Below, one piece after another: positions 10,522 to 19,755 of a stretch of DNA of 32,000 nt. The stretch is from Mycobacterium xenopi (GTDB taxonomy: Bacteria > Actinomycetota > Actinomycetes > Mycobacteriales > Mycobacteriaceae): assembly GCF_009936235.1 (NCBI RefSeq), contig NZ_AP022314.1, forward strand, positions 4,093,735 to 4,125,734, in the 5' to 3' direction. A program made the position numbers and the translations under genes. Below the pieces are notes generated by a model. It saw only the letters and a program-made list of their open reading frames with translations. It was not told the origin of the DNA and ran no database searches. How positions within the stretch are numbered: position 1 is the stretch's first letter; every line of letters starts with the position of its first letter.

Positions 10522-11673
10522 GTGCGGATCGCAGTAGGGGTTTCCACCGCGCCCGACGCGCGACAGGCCGCGGCGGAGGCGGCAGCGCAGGCGCGCGACG
10601 AACTCGCCGGTGAGACGCCGTCGCTGGCCGTACTGCTCGCGTCACAGTCGCACACCGACCACGCTGCCGAGGTCCTGGGCGCAGCGCAGGAAATCGTCGA
10701 GCCGCCCGCGCTGGTCGGCTGCGTGGCGCAGGCCGTCGTCGCCGGCCGCCACGAGTTCGAGGATGAGTCCGCGGTGACGGTGTGGCTGGCCTCCGGCCTG
10801 CCCGCCGAGACGTTCCACCTGGACTTCATCCGCGCCGGTTCGGGTGGGCTGCTCAGCGGCTACCGCTTCGACCGGACCGGCGACGATCTGCACCTGCTGC
10901 TGCCCGACCCGTACACGTTCCCGTCGCACCTGCTCATTGAGCACCTCAACACCGACCGGCCGGATGCAACACTGGTGGGCGGTCTGGTCAGCGGCGGGCG
11001 CGGATCGGGCGATGCCCGACTATTCCGCGACCGTGACGTCCATAGCTCCGGTCTGGTCGGCATGCGGCTGCCCGGCGGGCGGGCCGTTCCGATCGTGTCG
11101 CAGGGTTGCCGGCCGATCGGCCACCCATACATCGTGACCCGCGCGGACGGCGCGGTGATCACCGAGCTGGGCGGGCTGCCGCCGCTGCTGCGGCTGCGCG
11201 AGATCGTCGAGGGGCTGCCGCCTGGCGAGCAGGAACTCATCAGCCGCGGCCTGCAGATCGGCATCGTCGTCGACGAGCACCTGGCGACCCCGGGGCAGGG
11301 CGACTTCGTGATCCGCGGCCTGGTGGGCGCCGACCCCTCGACCGGGGCGATCGAGATCGGCCAGGTGATCGAGGTAGGCGCGACCGTGCAGTTTCAGGTC
11401 CGCGACCCGGTAAGCGCCGACAAGGACCTGCGCCTGGCCGTGGAGCGGGCGTTGGCTGAGCTGCCCGGGCGCCCGGTGGGGGCGCTGTTGTTCACCTGCA
11501 ACGGGCGGGGTCGGCGCATGTTCGGGGTCGCCGATCACGACGCCTCAACCATTTCCGAGCTGCTGGGCGGCATTCCGCTGGCCGGTTTCCTCGCCGCCGG
11601 GGAGATCGGCCCGATCGCGGGCCGCAACGCGCTGCACGGGTTTACCGCGTCGATGGTGCTGTTCCTGGAATGA
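10522..11673 (+). CDS. FIST N/C domain sensory protein
   Basis: 383 codons from GTG 10522, preceded by GGAAGG. The translation is typical of FIST proteins (...[15 protein letters not shown]...[29 protein letters not shown]). The size and position after recD recall M. tuberculosis Rv0628c (from memory). Confidence 0.8.
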   Translation: MRIAVGVSTAPDARQAAAEAAAQARDELAGETPSLAVLLASQSHTDHAAEVLGAAQEIVEPPALVGCVAQAVVAGRHEFEDESAVTVWLASGLPAETFHLDFIRAGSGGLLSGYRFDRTGDDLHLLLPDPYTFPSHLLIEHLNTDRPDATLVGGLVSGGRGSGDARLFRDRDVHSSGLVGMRLPGGRAVPIVSQGCRPIGHPYIVTRADGAVITELGGLPPLLRLREIVEGLPPGEQELISRGLQIGIVVDEHLATPGQGDFVIRGLVGADPSTGAIEIGQVIEVGATVQFQVRDPVSADKDLRLAVERALAELPGRPVGALLFTCNGRGRRMFGVADHDASTISELLGGIPLAGFLAAGEIGPIAGRNALHGFTASMVLFLE

Positions 11674-11736
11674 GGTGCCGGCCGATCGCGATCCGTCTCA
11701 TCTGCCCTACAGGTCCTCGCCGCGCGGCGTTGGCCC

Positions 11737-13347
11737 TCAAGCGCGCACGGCGCGCGCTGCCGCGGTAGCGACGTCACCGCGCAGATCCGAGATCGGTGAA
11801 CTGCCGCGCACGTGGATGGCGTTCGAGAGCAGGACCACGTAAGTATCTGAGCCTGGGTCCAGCCATAGCGAGGTCCCGGTGAACCCGGTGCTTCCAAAGC
11901 TGCCGACGGGAAACACCCTGCCGCGCGGCATCGAATATGGCGTATCGATATCCCAGCCGAAGCCGAACAGGTTCTGCCCCTTGATCGCTGGATACGTCTT
12001 CGCGATTGCTTGGCGGGCGGCGGCGTTGGCAGCGTCGAGTTGGTGGGCACTATGCCCGGGCTGCTGCGGAGTCGTCATCAACTCCAATGTCGTTCGCTTA
12101 AGCGGAAACATGCTCGGACGGCCTGCGAGCCGATCCAACAGGGCCTGCGCATAGATACCGACATCGTGCGCGGTCGAGAACACGCCGGCATGCCCGGCCA
12201 CTCCGCCCATGCGGCGTGCCGTCGGGTCATGCACAGTGCCACGAAGCAGGGCGTCGTAATCGGGGTTCTTGCCGGGATCGGCCCTGCTTTCTTCATCATG
12301 TGCTGTCGGTGCGATGCGCGTCAAAAGGCTTGCGCTCCAACTGCCTTCCGGGCAGTCGGTCGGCATGTGCCCGGGTGCCCAGACAACCGCCGCTCCCCTA
12401 GTCTGGTGTGGGCCACATGCTTTGGCGGCGGGAAGATAGCTAGTGTCTGTCATACCCAGCGGTGCAAAGATATTGCGCTGAGCATAAATGTCTTCGTCCT
12501 CGCCGGTGAGCTTTTCGAGCAGTGCGCCGAGCAATAAGTAGTTGATGTCGGAATAGCGGAAAACCTCACCGGGCGCCGCCTGCAGCGGCGTGGTGAGTGC
12601 CCGATGGATGCCTTCGGTCTTATCGACGGTGTCCAGTCCCCACGGATCTGCGAGGTTGACGTCTATCGGTTCGCCTGACGTGTGAGTCAGCAACATGCGA
12701 ACTGTCACCTGTGCGCGCTGCGGGTCGTTGGCCGGGTTGAAGTCGGGCAAATACCTCTGCACGGGATCGTCGAACTGCACCTTGTCTTGTTCATAGAGCT
12801 GCATGAGGGCGGTCGCCGTCGCCAGGCCCTTCGTCAGCGACGCGATGTCGAAGATGGTGTCCTCGGTCATCGGCTCGGCCGGTGCGGGCGATCCGTCCAG
12901 CCCCGGTTCGCCGGCCAGCTTGCGCGCACCGTACGCCTGATGGAAGACGACTTGGCCGCCGTGCCCGATCACCACCACAGCGCCCGGCAGCCGCTGTGCG
13001 GCAACCGCGTCGTTCATCAACGTGGAGACCGGCGCGAAGTCGGGGGCGGGCGACGGTTCTGGTGGCCGCGTCGCCTGCGCGCTCTCGCTTACGGTTGGGT
13101 GCGCTGCATTGATGGGTGCCGCAATCGGCGCCGGCGTTGCTTTGGCTTTGTCGCTTAGTTTTGTCTGCGCTTCGTGGCCACGCGCGCAACCCGCGGCGAG
13201 TGCAAGCACGACAGTCCCGACAGCAATGGCAATTCGCGCAGACGGCTTGCGGGCCGGGCCCCGCAGACCGGTCCGGGATCGATGAGAGCCGTCGCCGATG
13301 ATTACCCGTGTCAGCGTAGCGAGTCCGGCGGGTAGTCGCGGGAACAA
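11737..13347 (-). CDS. Beta-lactamase-related serine hydrolase / esterase, probable lipoprotein
   Basis: 536-codon ORF. SxxK active-site motif (FDIASLTKGLATATAL). N-terminal signal with lipobox VLALAAGC. The exact start is uncertain. Confidence 0.85.
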   Translation of the reverse strand: MFPRLPAGLATLTRVIIGDGSHRSRTGLRGPARKPSARIAIAVGTVVLALAAGCARGHEAQTKLSDKAKATPAPIAAPINAAHPTVSESAQATRPPEPSPAPDFAPVSTLMNDAVAAQRLPGAVVVIGHGGQVVFHQAYGARKLAGEPGLDGSPAPAEPMTEDTIFDIASLTKGLATATALMQLYEQDKVQFDDPVQRYLPDFNPANDPQRAQVTVRMLLTHTSGEPIDVNLADPWGLDTVDKTEGIHRALTTPLQAAPGEVFRYSDINYLLLGALLEKLTGEDEDIYAQRNIFAPLGMTDTSYLPAAKACGPHQTRGAAVVWAPGHMPTDCPEGSWSASLLTRIAPTAHDEESRADPGKNPDYDALLRGTVHDPTARRMGGVAGHAGVFSTAHDVGIYAQALLDRLAGRPSMFPLKRTTLELMTTPQQPGHSAHQLDAANAAARQAIAKTYPAIKGQNLFGFGWDIDTPYSMPRGRVFPVGSFGSTGFTGTSLWLDPGSDTYVVLLSNAIHVRGSSPISDLRGDVATAAARAVRA

Positions 13348-13675
13348 CGCGACAGGCCAGGGGCCGATGCGCGCGAGATCCGGTTCACTCGTTGTGCCTG
13401 CGCAGCGCTACCGTTCGCCTGAAGATCCACGGGCACACTCGTTTTCGTCCGCATTGCTGACTACTTGCGACGACGCCAGCACCGGGGTGGGCTGGGATTT
13501 GGTAGGTCCGCACGGCCGTGCCGCCTGGTGAATCGGTTCGCTGAGCCGCGTCTTCGCGCTCTTCACCGTCGACAACCTGCCCGCAGCACCTTCGAACTTG
13601 TTGACACTCTCGCGATGAGAGTCGACGTCGTCGACGATTACTGCAGCGTGAACACGTCGGTGGCTGCCGCATGCT

Positions 13676-13885
13676 TTAGGGGCGGTAGGCGGCCGTGACG
13701 TCGGTGTGGGCGAAATCGCCACCGACATACAGCAACGGCTCGCCGGTCACCGCGGCGAGCGCATAGGAATAGCAGTCGCCGAGGTTGAGTGCGCGCGGAA
13801 GTCCGCTGCCCCGGCCAAAGTCACGCTAGGCGCGGACGGCGATGGCGGCCTGCTCGGCGTGAAGGACCGGCTTCGTGATCCGCAG
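13676..13885 (-). pseudogene. VapC (PIN) C-terminal remnant with an in-frame TAG
   Basis: Minus-strand translation [66 protein letters not shown] aligns residue for residue with the C-terminal half of the intact VapC at 19357-19755. The stop at 13826-13828 replaces a Tyr codon. No N-terminal half is present. Confidence 0.6.
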
Positions 13886-13977
13886 ACTGAACGACGCCGG
13901 CCTCACGGGCAAGCAATTTAGATCGGCGAGGCCGTGGAGACCGACGCGAAGGGCCTGCGTGGCGGAATCTTCACTCG

Positions 13978-14069
13978 CCGATTTCTTCGCGGCCGTGGAA
14001 ATCGGCTCGGTCGCGGACCGCAATGCGTTGCATACGTTTACCGCGTCGATGGCGCCGCTCGTCGAGTGA
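13978..14069 (+). pseudogene. 3-prime remnant of a second FIST-family gene
   Basis: ADFFAAVEIGSVADRNALHTFTASMAPLVE-stop parallels the last ~30 residues of the intact FIST protein ([30 protein letters not shown]-stop at 11673). Nothing upstream is FIST-like. Confidence 0.5.
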
Positions 14070-14163
14070 GTCCCGCCTGCCACACCAGCCACCGTTGGCG
14101 GACGATTATGCGAAGTGCCCGCCTCCGAGCGACTTTCAGCGACAAACTAGCGACCGCCGGCGG

Positions 14164-14574
14164 TTATTGCGCGTCCGCACCCAGCCCCGGCACCTCCGAT
14201 GGGTGACGAACGTCGACGAGGTCATCGATGATCCGGAAGTCCCCTGCGTTGTGGGTCAGGAGCGGCACGCCGTGAACGTTTGCGGTAGCGGCGATGACGA
14301 GCTCGACCGAGCGGCGCCGCGGCCGGCCGCCCCGGTTGCGCACAGCGGCCGACAGCCGGCCCCATTCTCGCGCGACCTCGGCCGTGACCGGAAGCGGATC
14401 GAACGCGGATTCGATCGCGCCGAGCCGCGCCGTACGAAGCGCGCGTTCATCGTCGTCGGCTGCGACGAGAACGCCAAAGTGCAGCTCGGCAATCGAGGCA
14501 ACGCTGATCGCGGCCTCGACGCGCGAGGGCGGTTCCTCCCCGATAAGAACGGAGGTATCGACTATTGCGCGCAT
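14164..14574 (-). CDS. vapC: VapC toxin (PIN-domain ribonuclease)
   Basis: 136 codons. N-terminal acidic PIN motif MRAIVDTSVLI, later LLTHNAGDF. It lies 3 nt downstream of its antitoxin gene. Confidence 0.85.
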   Translation of the reverse strand: MRAIVDTSVLIGEEPPSRVEAAISVASIAELHFGVLVAADDDERALRTARLGAIESAFDPLPVTAEVAREWGRLSAAVRNRGGRPRRRSVELVIAATANVHGVPLLTHNAGDFRIIDDLVDVRHPSEVPGLGADAQ

Positions 14575-14844
14575 CGGTTAGTCGAACGGACCGGCCATCG
14601 AGGCGGGGAACCGCTTGAGGTCGGCGCCCAGTGTTTTGGGAGCCGGCGTGCGCCAGACCGCCCGCAACCCCGGCCCGCTGACCCACCGCTTCTGCATGGC
14701 GGGGCCAAGCTGCGCCACCGGCCGGCCTGCGACGGTGATCGTGATCTCCTCGCCCGCTTCTGCCCGGCGCAGAACCTCGCCGACGTTATTGCGGAGTTCC
14801 TTTTGGGGAATCGTTGCCATGACCACGATGGTAGGAGAACTGCT
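14405..14844. repeat. Copy 1 of a ~440-bp dispersed duplication (vapB plus 5-prime part of vapC)
   Basis: By eye this aligns base for base with 23521-23958. Differences are scattered substitutions and a 2-nt indel at the vapC start. Confidence 0.85.
14578..14826 (-). CDS. vapB: VapB antitoxin (Phd/YefM-like N-terminus)
   Basis: MATIPQKELRNNVGEVLRRAEAGEEITITVAGRPVAQLGP... The probable start is ATG 14820 (GTG 14826 is also possible). It sits immediately upstream of vapC. Confidence 0.85.
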   Translation of the reverse strand: MVMATIPQKELRNNVGEVLRRAEAGEEITITVAGRPVAQLGPAMQKRWVSGPGLRAVWRTPAPKTLGADLKRFPASMAGPFD

Positions 14845-14914
14845 ACCAGGACCGAGCCTGGCGCATACTACCCGAACGGGTCGGCAGCCGGAAACCGGTC
14901 AAGGTGCGGTCCGC

Positions 14915-17900
14915 TCAGGCGAGCAGACCCCGGATGTCGTCGGCGGTCAGGGCGGAGGCAAACACGTCACCGTCGTCGATCACGCTGGCGAACAGCTTGG
15001 CTTTGCGCGCGTTGAGGGCCAGCACCTTGTCCTCGATGGTGTCGCGGGCGATGAGCCGGTACACCATGACATTGCGGGTCTGGCCGATGCGGTGGGTGCG
15101 GTCGATGGCCTGGGCTTCGGTGGCCGGGTTCCACCACGGGTCGAGCAAAAAGCAGTAGTCGGCCTCGGTGAGGTTCACCCCGAACCCACCGGCCTTGAGG
15201 CTGATCAGGAAAACCGGTGCGTCCCCATCTTTGAACCGCCGTATCACGTTGGCGCGGTCGCGGGTTCGCCCGTCGAGGTAGCAGTAGCCGATGCCTTCGG
15301 CGTCGAGGCGACTGCGGACCCGGCCGAGGAAACGGGTGAACTGACTGAACACCAGCGCGCGATGGTCGCCGCCGACGACGTCGCGCAGCTGCTCGGCCAG
15401 CGCGTCGATCTTCGCGCTGGCCAGCGTGTCGTGTGCCGGGTCGACGAGCCCGGGGTGCAGCGCCATCTGACGCAGCACGGTCAGCGACTTGAGGATGGTA
15501 AACCGGTTGCGCTGCATGTCGTCTAACAGGCCAAGCACCTTCTGCCGCTCGCGGGCCAGCCGCTTGTCATACAGCGCCCGGTGCCGCGGCGGCAGCTCGA
15601 TATCGAGGATTTGCTCTTGCTTGGGCGGTAGCTCGGCGGCCACGAGCTCCTTGGTGCGCCGTTTGACCAGCGGCTTGATCCGGCGGCGTAACAGGGCCAA
15701 AAGCTCGGCGTCGCCGGTCTTTTCGATGGGCTTAGCGAAGTAGTCGGCGAACTTCACCGGGTGGGGGAATAACCCCGGGGCGGTGATCGACAGCAGCGAC
15801 CACAGCTCCATCAGATTGTTCTCCATCGGTGTGCCGGTGATCGCCAGCTTGAACGGTGCGGGCAGCCGGCGTGCGCACTGGTAGGTCTTGGCGTGGTGGT
15901 TCTTGACGTATTGGGCCTCGTCGAGGATCAGCCCGGACCACGTTCGGGCGGCGTGGGCGTCGAAGTCCAGCCGAAACAGCGTGTAGGAGGTGACCACGAT
16001 GTCGGCGCCCGCCGCCAGCTCGTCGAGGTCGACGCCGGCGCGGCGCAGCGTGTCGAAGATCGGTACCACCGACAGCTCCGGCGCGAACCGCGCGGCCTCG
16101 GCGGCCCAGTTCGCCACCACACTGGCCGGTGCGACGACAAGGAATGGTGCCATGGCCTGATTCTGTTGGCGGACATGGCAGATCAACGCCAGCGACTGGA
16201 CGGTCTTGCCCAGGCCCATGTCGTCGGCCAGGATCCCGCCGAGCCCGTGGGCGTGCAGGGTCGCCAGCCACGAGAACCCGTCGACCTGATACGGCCGCAG
16301 CTGCGCGCGCAGGCCGACCGGCACCGCCGTCGGTTCCAAGCCCTGCAGCGCCCGCAGCCCGCCGACCTGCCGCTGCCACGCCTTGGCCTGCCGCGTCACG
16401 ACTCCGAGCTCAGCCAGCTCGTCGAACAACCCGACCTGGAATCGGCTGATCCGGGGTGGTCCTTCGTCGGCATCGGTGAGCGCGCGGGCCTCTTCGATGA
16501 GCTGGCGCAGCTTCACCAACTCCGGCTTGTCCAGCGCGAAGTAGGCGCCGTCGGCAAGCAGCAGGTGCGATTGGCCGGACGCCAGCGCGGTGAACACGCT
16601 TACGAACGGAACCGCTTTGCCCTCAACGCTGATCGTGACACCCAGGTCGAACCAGTCCGTCTCGCCGGGCACCGCGTCGGTGCGCACCGCGATCACGAGC
16701 GAGCCGCCCGCTTCCCGGTAGTCGGCCGGGTCGCCGGTTACCTCCAGCGCGACGTCGGAAAGCTCTGCGAGCAGCGGTTGGAGTTCAGTGGCGAATCGCA
16801 TGGTGTCCACGCCGGAAAGCCGTGTTCCGGCGAGCGTGCCGTCGGCGCCGCGAAGCCCCCACTGCTCCAACGGAGCGTCGATGCTCGACGCAAGGGCGTA
16901 CTCCGCAGCCAGGTCTCGGTACGCAGCATGCTGCGGCGTGCCTGTCGGTACGCGAAAGCCGTTGTCGCCTAATCGATATTCCCATTCCCAGGCCAGCTCG
17001 AGTTCGTGGTCGGCCTGGTAGTGGGCCCGCAGCACCAGTGCCGGCCCGACGACCTCGGGCGGCGTGAACGACTCATCCGACGACGTGACGGCCGCGATGT
17101 GGCGCAACCTAGGGTAGTACTCCGTAGCGAACTGCGGCGCTTGGTCCGCCGGGATCACCAGCGGCTTATCACCGAGTGCCATGCGCTGCAACGCTTCCGG
17201 CACCGGCTGGTCCAGCCGCGCGAGCCGCAGCCCGCCGTCGGCATACACCGCGCCATGACCTGACGACCCGATGAACGCGATGGGCCGTGTCGCGGTGCCT
17301 TCGACGTTCAGCACGGGCGTGACGGTGAGGTCGCCCGTCGTGCCGGCTGTCACATCCAGGCACAACCGCGCGGTGGCGTACGTCGGAACGTCCTGCCAGG
17401 GGCGTGGCTGCAGCAACCGCACCCCGACTCGTCGCGCTTCGTCCAGTAGCGGCCACAGCTGGGGTGAGTCGAATCGCAGCAGCGCCATCGTCTTCTCGTC
17501 GCCGTACGAATACCCGTAGTAGACAGTCGAATTCGAGCGCGACGTCCGGTACGTCGCATACAGTTCCTGCAGCAGCCGGACCTGAGCGGCGGGATAATCG
17601 CTGTAGCGCAGCATGTGCAGCCTGTCCCAGCGCAGGTCGCCTGCGACCCAGCCGCCGCGCTTGCCGGGCCGCACCAGCCGTGCGTCCAGGGCCGGCGACC
17701 GCCCGCTCACCGACAAGCTGAGCTCGATCGCCAGCGGTGTCCCGATGCGATCGTTCGCCGGGGCCGACGGAAGCAACGCATCCAGCGACTGCCGCCAAGG
17801 CGGCGGAGCTGGCGAAGGCGACGCCGGCTTGATGGTGGCTTCTGCGGCCGTGGCGACGATCGCGGCGACATGCTTGCAGTTGAAGTGCACCGGGCAGCTG

Positions 17901-18139
17901 CAAGATCCAGTGTCAAAGCACCAGGTGCGGGTGTCGAACGGCACCAGCCGCACCGTGGTGGTGTAGGGACGGGGCTGGTTACCGCGAACTATGCCGAAAA
18001 GGTTGCGCAGCTTCGGATCCCACCGGCAGCCCAGCACCCGCCCCTGGCGCGCGTACGCTAGGCCGCGGCGCCAGGTCTCGGTGTCAAGCTCGTCGAACGT
18101 GCTGTCCAGGTCGATCTGCGGATACGCCGGTGACTGCAT
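14915..18139 (-). CDS. SWIM zinc-finger / SNF2-family helicase (HelZ-like)
   Basis: 1074 codons from ATG 18139. SWIM motif CSCPVHFNCKHVAAI near the N-terminus. SNF2 core: LADDMGLGKT, LILDEAQYVKN, LAITGTPMENN, VFSQFTRFL, GGFGVNLTEADYCFLLDPWWNP, QAIDRTHRIGQ. The track ORF extends to 18682, but that part overlaps the divergent gene. Confidence 0.9.
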   Translation of the reverse strand: MQSPAYPQIDLDSTFDELDTETWRRGLAYARQGRVLGCRWDPKLRNLFGIVRGNQPRPYTTTVRLVPFDTRTWCFDTGSCSCPVHFNCKHVAAIVATAAEATIKPASPSPAPPPWRQSLDALLPSAPANDRIGTPLAIELSLSVSGRSPALDARLVRPGKRGGWVAGDLRWDRLHMLRYSDYPAAQVRLLQELYATYRTSRSNSTVYYGYSYGDEKTMALLRFDSPQLWPLLDEARRVGVRLLQPRPWQDVPTYATARLCLDVTAGTTGDLTVTPVLNVEGTATRPIAFIGSSGHGAVYADGGLRLARLDQPVPEALQRMALGDKPLVIPADQAPQFATEYYPRLRHIAAVTSSDESFTPPEVVGPALVLRAHYQADHELELAWEWEYRLGDNGFRVPTGTPQHAAYRDLAAEYALASSIDAPLEQWGLRGADGTLAGTRLSGVDTMRFATELQPLLAELSDVALEVTGDPADYREAGGSLVIAVRTDAVPGETDWFDLGVTISVEGKAVPFVSVFTALASGQSHLLLADGAYFALDKPELVKLRQLIEEARALTDADEGPPRISRFQVGLFDELAELGVVTRQAKAWQRQVGGLRALQGLEPTAVPVGLRAQLRPYQVDGFSWLATLHAHGLGGILADDMGLGKTVQSLALICHVRQQNQAMAPFLVVAPASVVANWAAEAARFAPELSVVPIFDTLRRAGVDLDELAAGADIVVTSYTLFRLDFDAHAARTWSGLILDEAQYVKNHHAKTYQCARRLPAPFKLAITGTPMENNLMELWSLLSITAPGLFPHPVKFADYFAKPIEKTGDAELLALLRRRIKPLVKRRTKELVAAELPPKQEQILDIELPPRHRALYDKRLARERQKVLGLLDDMQRNRFTILKSLTVLRQMALHPGLVDPAHDTLASAKIDALAEQLRDVVGGDHRALVFSQFTRFLGRVRSRLDAEGIGYCYLDGRTRDRANVIRRFKDGDAPVFLISLKAGGFGVNLTEADYCFLLDPWWNPATEAQAIDRTHRIGQTRNVMVYRLIARDTIEDKVLALNARKAKLFASVIDDGDVFASALTADDIRGLLA

Positions 18140-18277
18140 GCCCGTACCGTAACGATCGGGTCTGACAACGAGCCGCGACACGCGCACGTGGTGCAGATGA
18201 GGTTTGACAGCCTGGCGTGACACGAAATGTTTGGGGGCGGCCCGCGCGGCCTTGCGGGAATCGGCAGACTCTGATTC

Positions 18278-19267
18278 ATGGCAGAGTTGCTGATCGCGGT
18301 GAACCCCGATGAGGATTCCCGGCTGCCGTATCTGCTGCGGATTCCGCAACCCGGTGGCGACCTGCTGTTTCGGACCGCGGGCACCTGGCCGCGGGTCAAG
18401 GCGCTGTACTGCTACCCGGTCAGCCTCGACGAGTGGCCCGCCGACCCCGTGATCGTCGAACGCGTTGCGCTGCGGTCGTGTCAGCGCCGGGGCGCGGCGA
18501 TCGACCTGATTGTGCAGCGGTCGAGGGAGAACCGCTCCCAGCTGGTGTTCACCACCGCCCGGGGCCGCGACGCGGTGTTTTGGCAATCGCCGCGCACCCG
18601 CAAGCAGGCCCGTCCGAATGTGCGCACCCCGACCGCCCGTGCCCAGGGCATCGAAGAACTGCAGATTCTCATCGACGCGCACGAGCAGTACGCCTACCGG
18701 TTTGCCGCCCAGCAGGCCAGCACTGTGCGGCGGGCGCTGCCGTGCGGCGACTACGGGCTCGTCGTCGACGGGCTATTGGTGGCCAGCGTGGAACGCAAAT
18801 CGCTGGCCGATCTGGTGGCCAGCCTGACCGGCGGCAAGCTGCGGTATCAGGTCGCCGATCTGGCCGCGCTGCCGCGCGCTGCGGTTGTCGTGGAGGACCG
18901 CTACTCACAGCTGTTCAAGCTCGACCGGGTCCGTCCCGCCGTGGTCGCCGACGGGCTGGCAGAGCTCCAGGTCCGCTGGCCCAACGTGCCGGTGGTGTTC
19001 TGCGAGACCCGCCAGCTCGCCGAGGAGTGGACCTACCGGTTCCTCGCCGCCGCGCACGTGTGGGCTGTTGGTGAAGGCGCAGCGCTGCAACGTATCTCAC
19101 CGATGCGGATCGACATCAGCGAACTCCATCTTGCGGCCGCCGCGCCGGAACCGAGCACCGCCGAGGTCCGCGCCTGGGCGCGCGCCGCCGGCCTACCAGT
19201 TCCCGAGCGCGGCCGCCTGCGCCCCGACATCTGGCAGGCGTGGCACGACGCCAACGACGCGACCTGA
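18278..19267 (+). CDS. Three-part protein: unplaced N-terminal domain, ERCC4 (XPF/Mus81-type) nuclease core, Lsr2-like C-terminal DNA-binding domain
   Basis: 329 codons. ERCC4 signature ILIDAHE...LPCGDYGLVVDG...ASVERKSLADLVASLTGGKLRYQ...AAVVVED. The tail STAEVRAWARAAGLPVPERGRLRPDIWQAWHDA parallels the Lsr2 C-terminus. It diverges from the SNF2 gene across 138 bp. Confidence 0.8.
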   Translation: MAELLIAVNPDEDSRLPYLLRIPQPGGDLLFRTAGTWPRVKALYCYPVSLDEWPADPVIVERVALRSCQRRGAAIDLIVQRSRENRSQLVFTTARGRDAVFWQSPRTRKQARPNVRTPTARAQGIEELQILIDAHEQYAYRFAAQQASTVRRALPCGDYGLVVDGLLVASVERKSLADLVASLTGGKLRYQVADLAALPRAAVVVEDRYSQLFKLDRVRPAVVADGLAELQVRWPNVPVVFCETRQLAEEWTYRFLAAAHVWAVGEGAALQRISPMRIDISELHLAAAAPEPSTAEVRAWARAAGLPVPERGRLRPDIWQAWHDANDAT

Positions 19268-19356
19268 GGGGCGCCGATGCCGGACACCCTCGGCCCAGGG
19301 TCCGTCCAGAGGAAACTACATCTGGGGGTGCAGCGTCGAAGGCGGACTGGCGTTGC

Positions 19357-19755
19357 TCATGGACGGTGAGCGGCCGAGATGTCGGTGTGGACGAAATCGT
19401 CACCCACGTACAGCAATGGTTCACTCCTCACCTTGGCGAGCGCATAGGAGTAGCAGTCGCCGAGGTTGAGCGCCGCCGGGTGCCCGCTGCCCCGCCCGAA
19501 GTCAAGGTAAGCCCGGCTGGCGATTTCAGCCTGCTCGGTGTCGAAGGGCACCAGTTCGATCTCCCACTCATCCAGTAGTCGCTCGACCCGGCGCAGATCC
19601 TCTGGGCGCAAGCGCCGCGCCAGGACGGCGTTGACCTCCACCATGGTGGCCGCCGACATCTTGGGCGCCGTCGCATCCACGAGGAGCTCGGCGAGCTGTT
19701 CCGCGTGCGTTGCACCACGCACAATCGCAACGATCGCCGAGGTGTCGACGATCAC
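19357..19755 (-). CDS. vapC: VapC toxin (PIN-domain ribonuclease)
   Basis: 132 codons. MIVDTSAIVAI..., [24 protein letters not shown]. There is a 4-bp overlap with the upstream antitoxin gene. Confidence 0.9.
   Translation of the reverse strand: MIVDTSAIVAIVRGATHAEQLAELLVDATAPKMSAATMVEVNAVLARRLRPEDLRRVERLLDEWEIELVPFDTEQAEIASRAYLDFGRGSGHPAALNLGDCYSYALAKVRSEPLLYVGDDFVHTDISAAHRP

Noticed and set aside
13408-13728. 106-aa minus-strand ORF downstream of the VapC remnant.
   Set aside because: Its GC3 is only moderate and I recognise no motif. Its 5-prime end overlaps the VapC remnant in another frame. It is left unannotated.
18195-18230. TTGACA hexamer in the SNF2/ERCC4 intergenic region, considered as a -35 element.
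   Set aside because: There is no convincing -10 at proper spacing, and mycobacterial promoters rarely need a -35. It is not reportable without TSS data.
18140-18682. 181-codon N-terminal extension of the SNF2 ORF.
   Set aside because: It overlaps the divergent ERCC4-type gene and has a junk-like composition. The SWIM-domain protein starts naturally at MQSPAYPQIDLD (ATG 18139).
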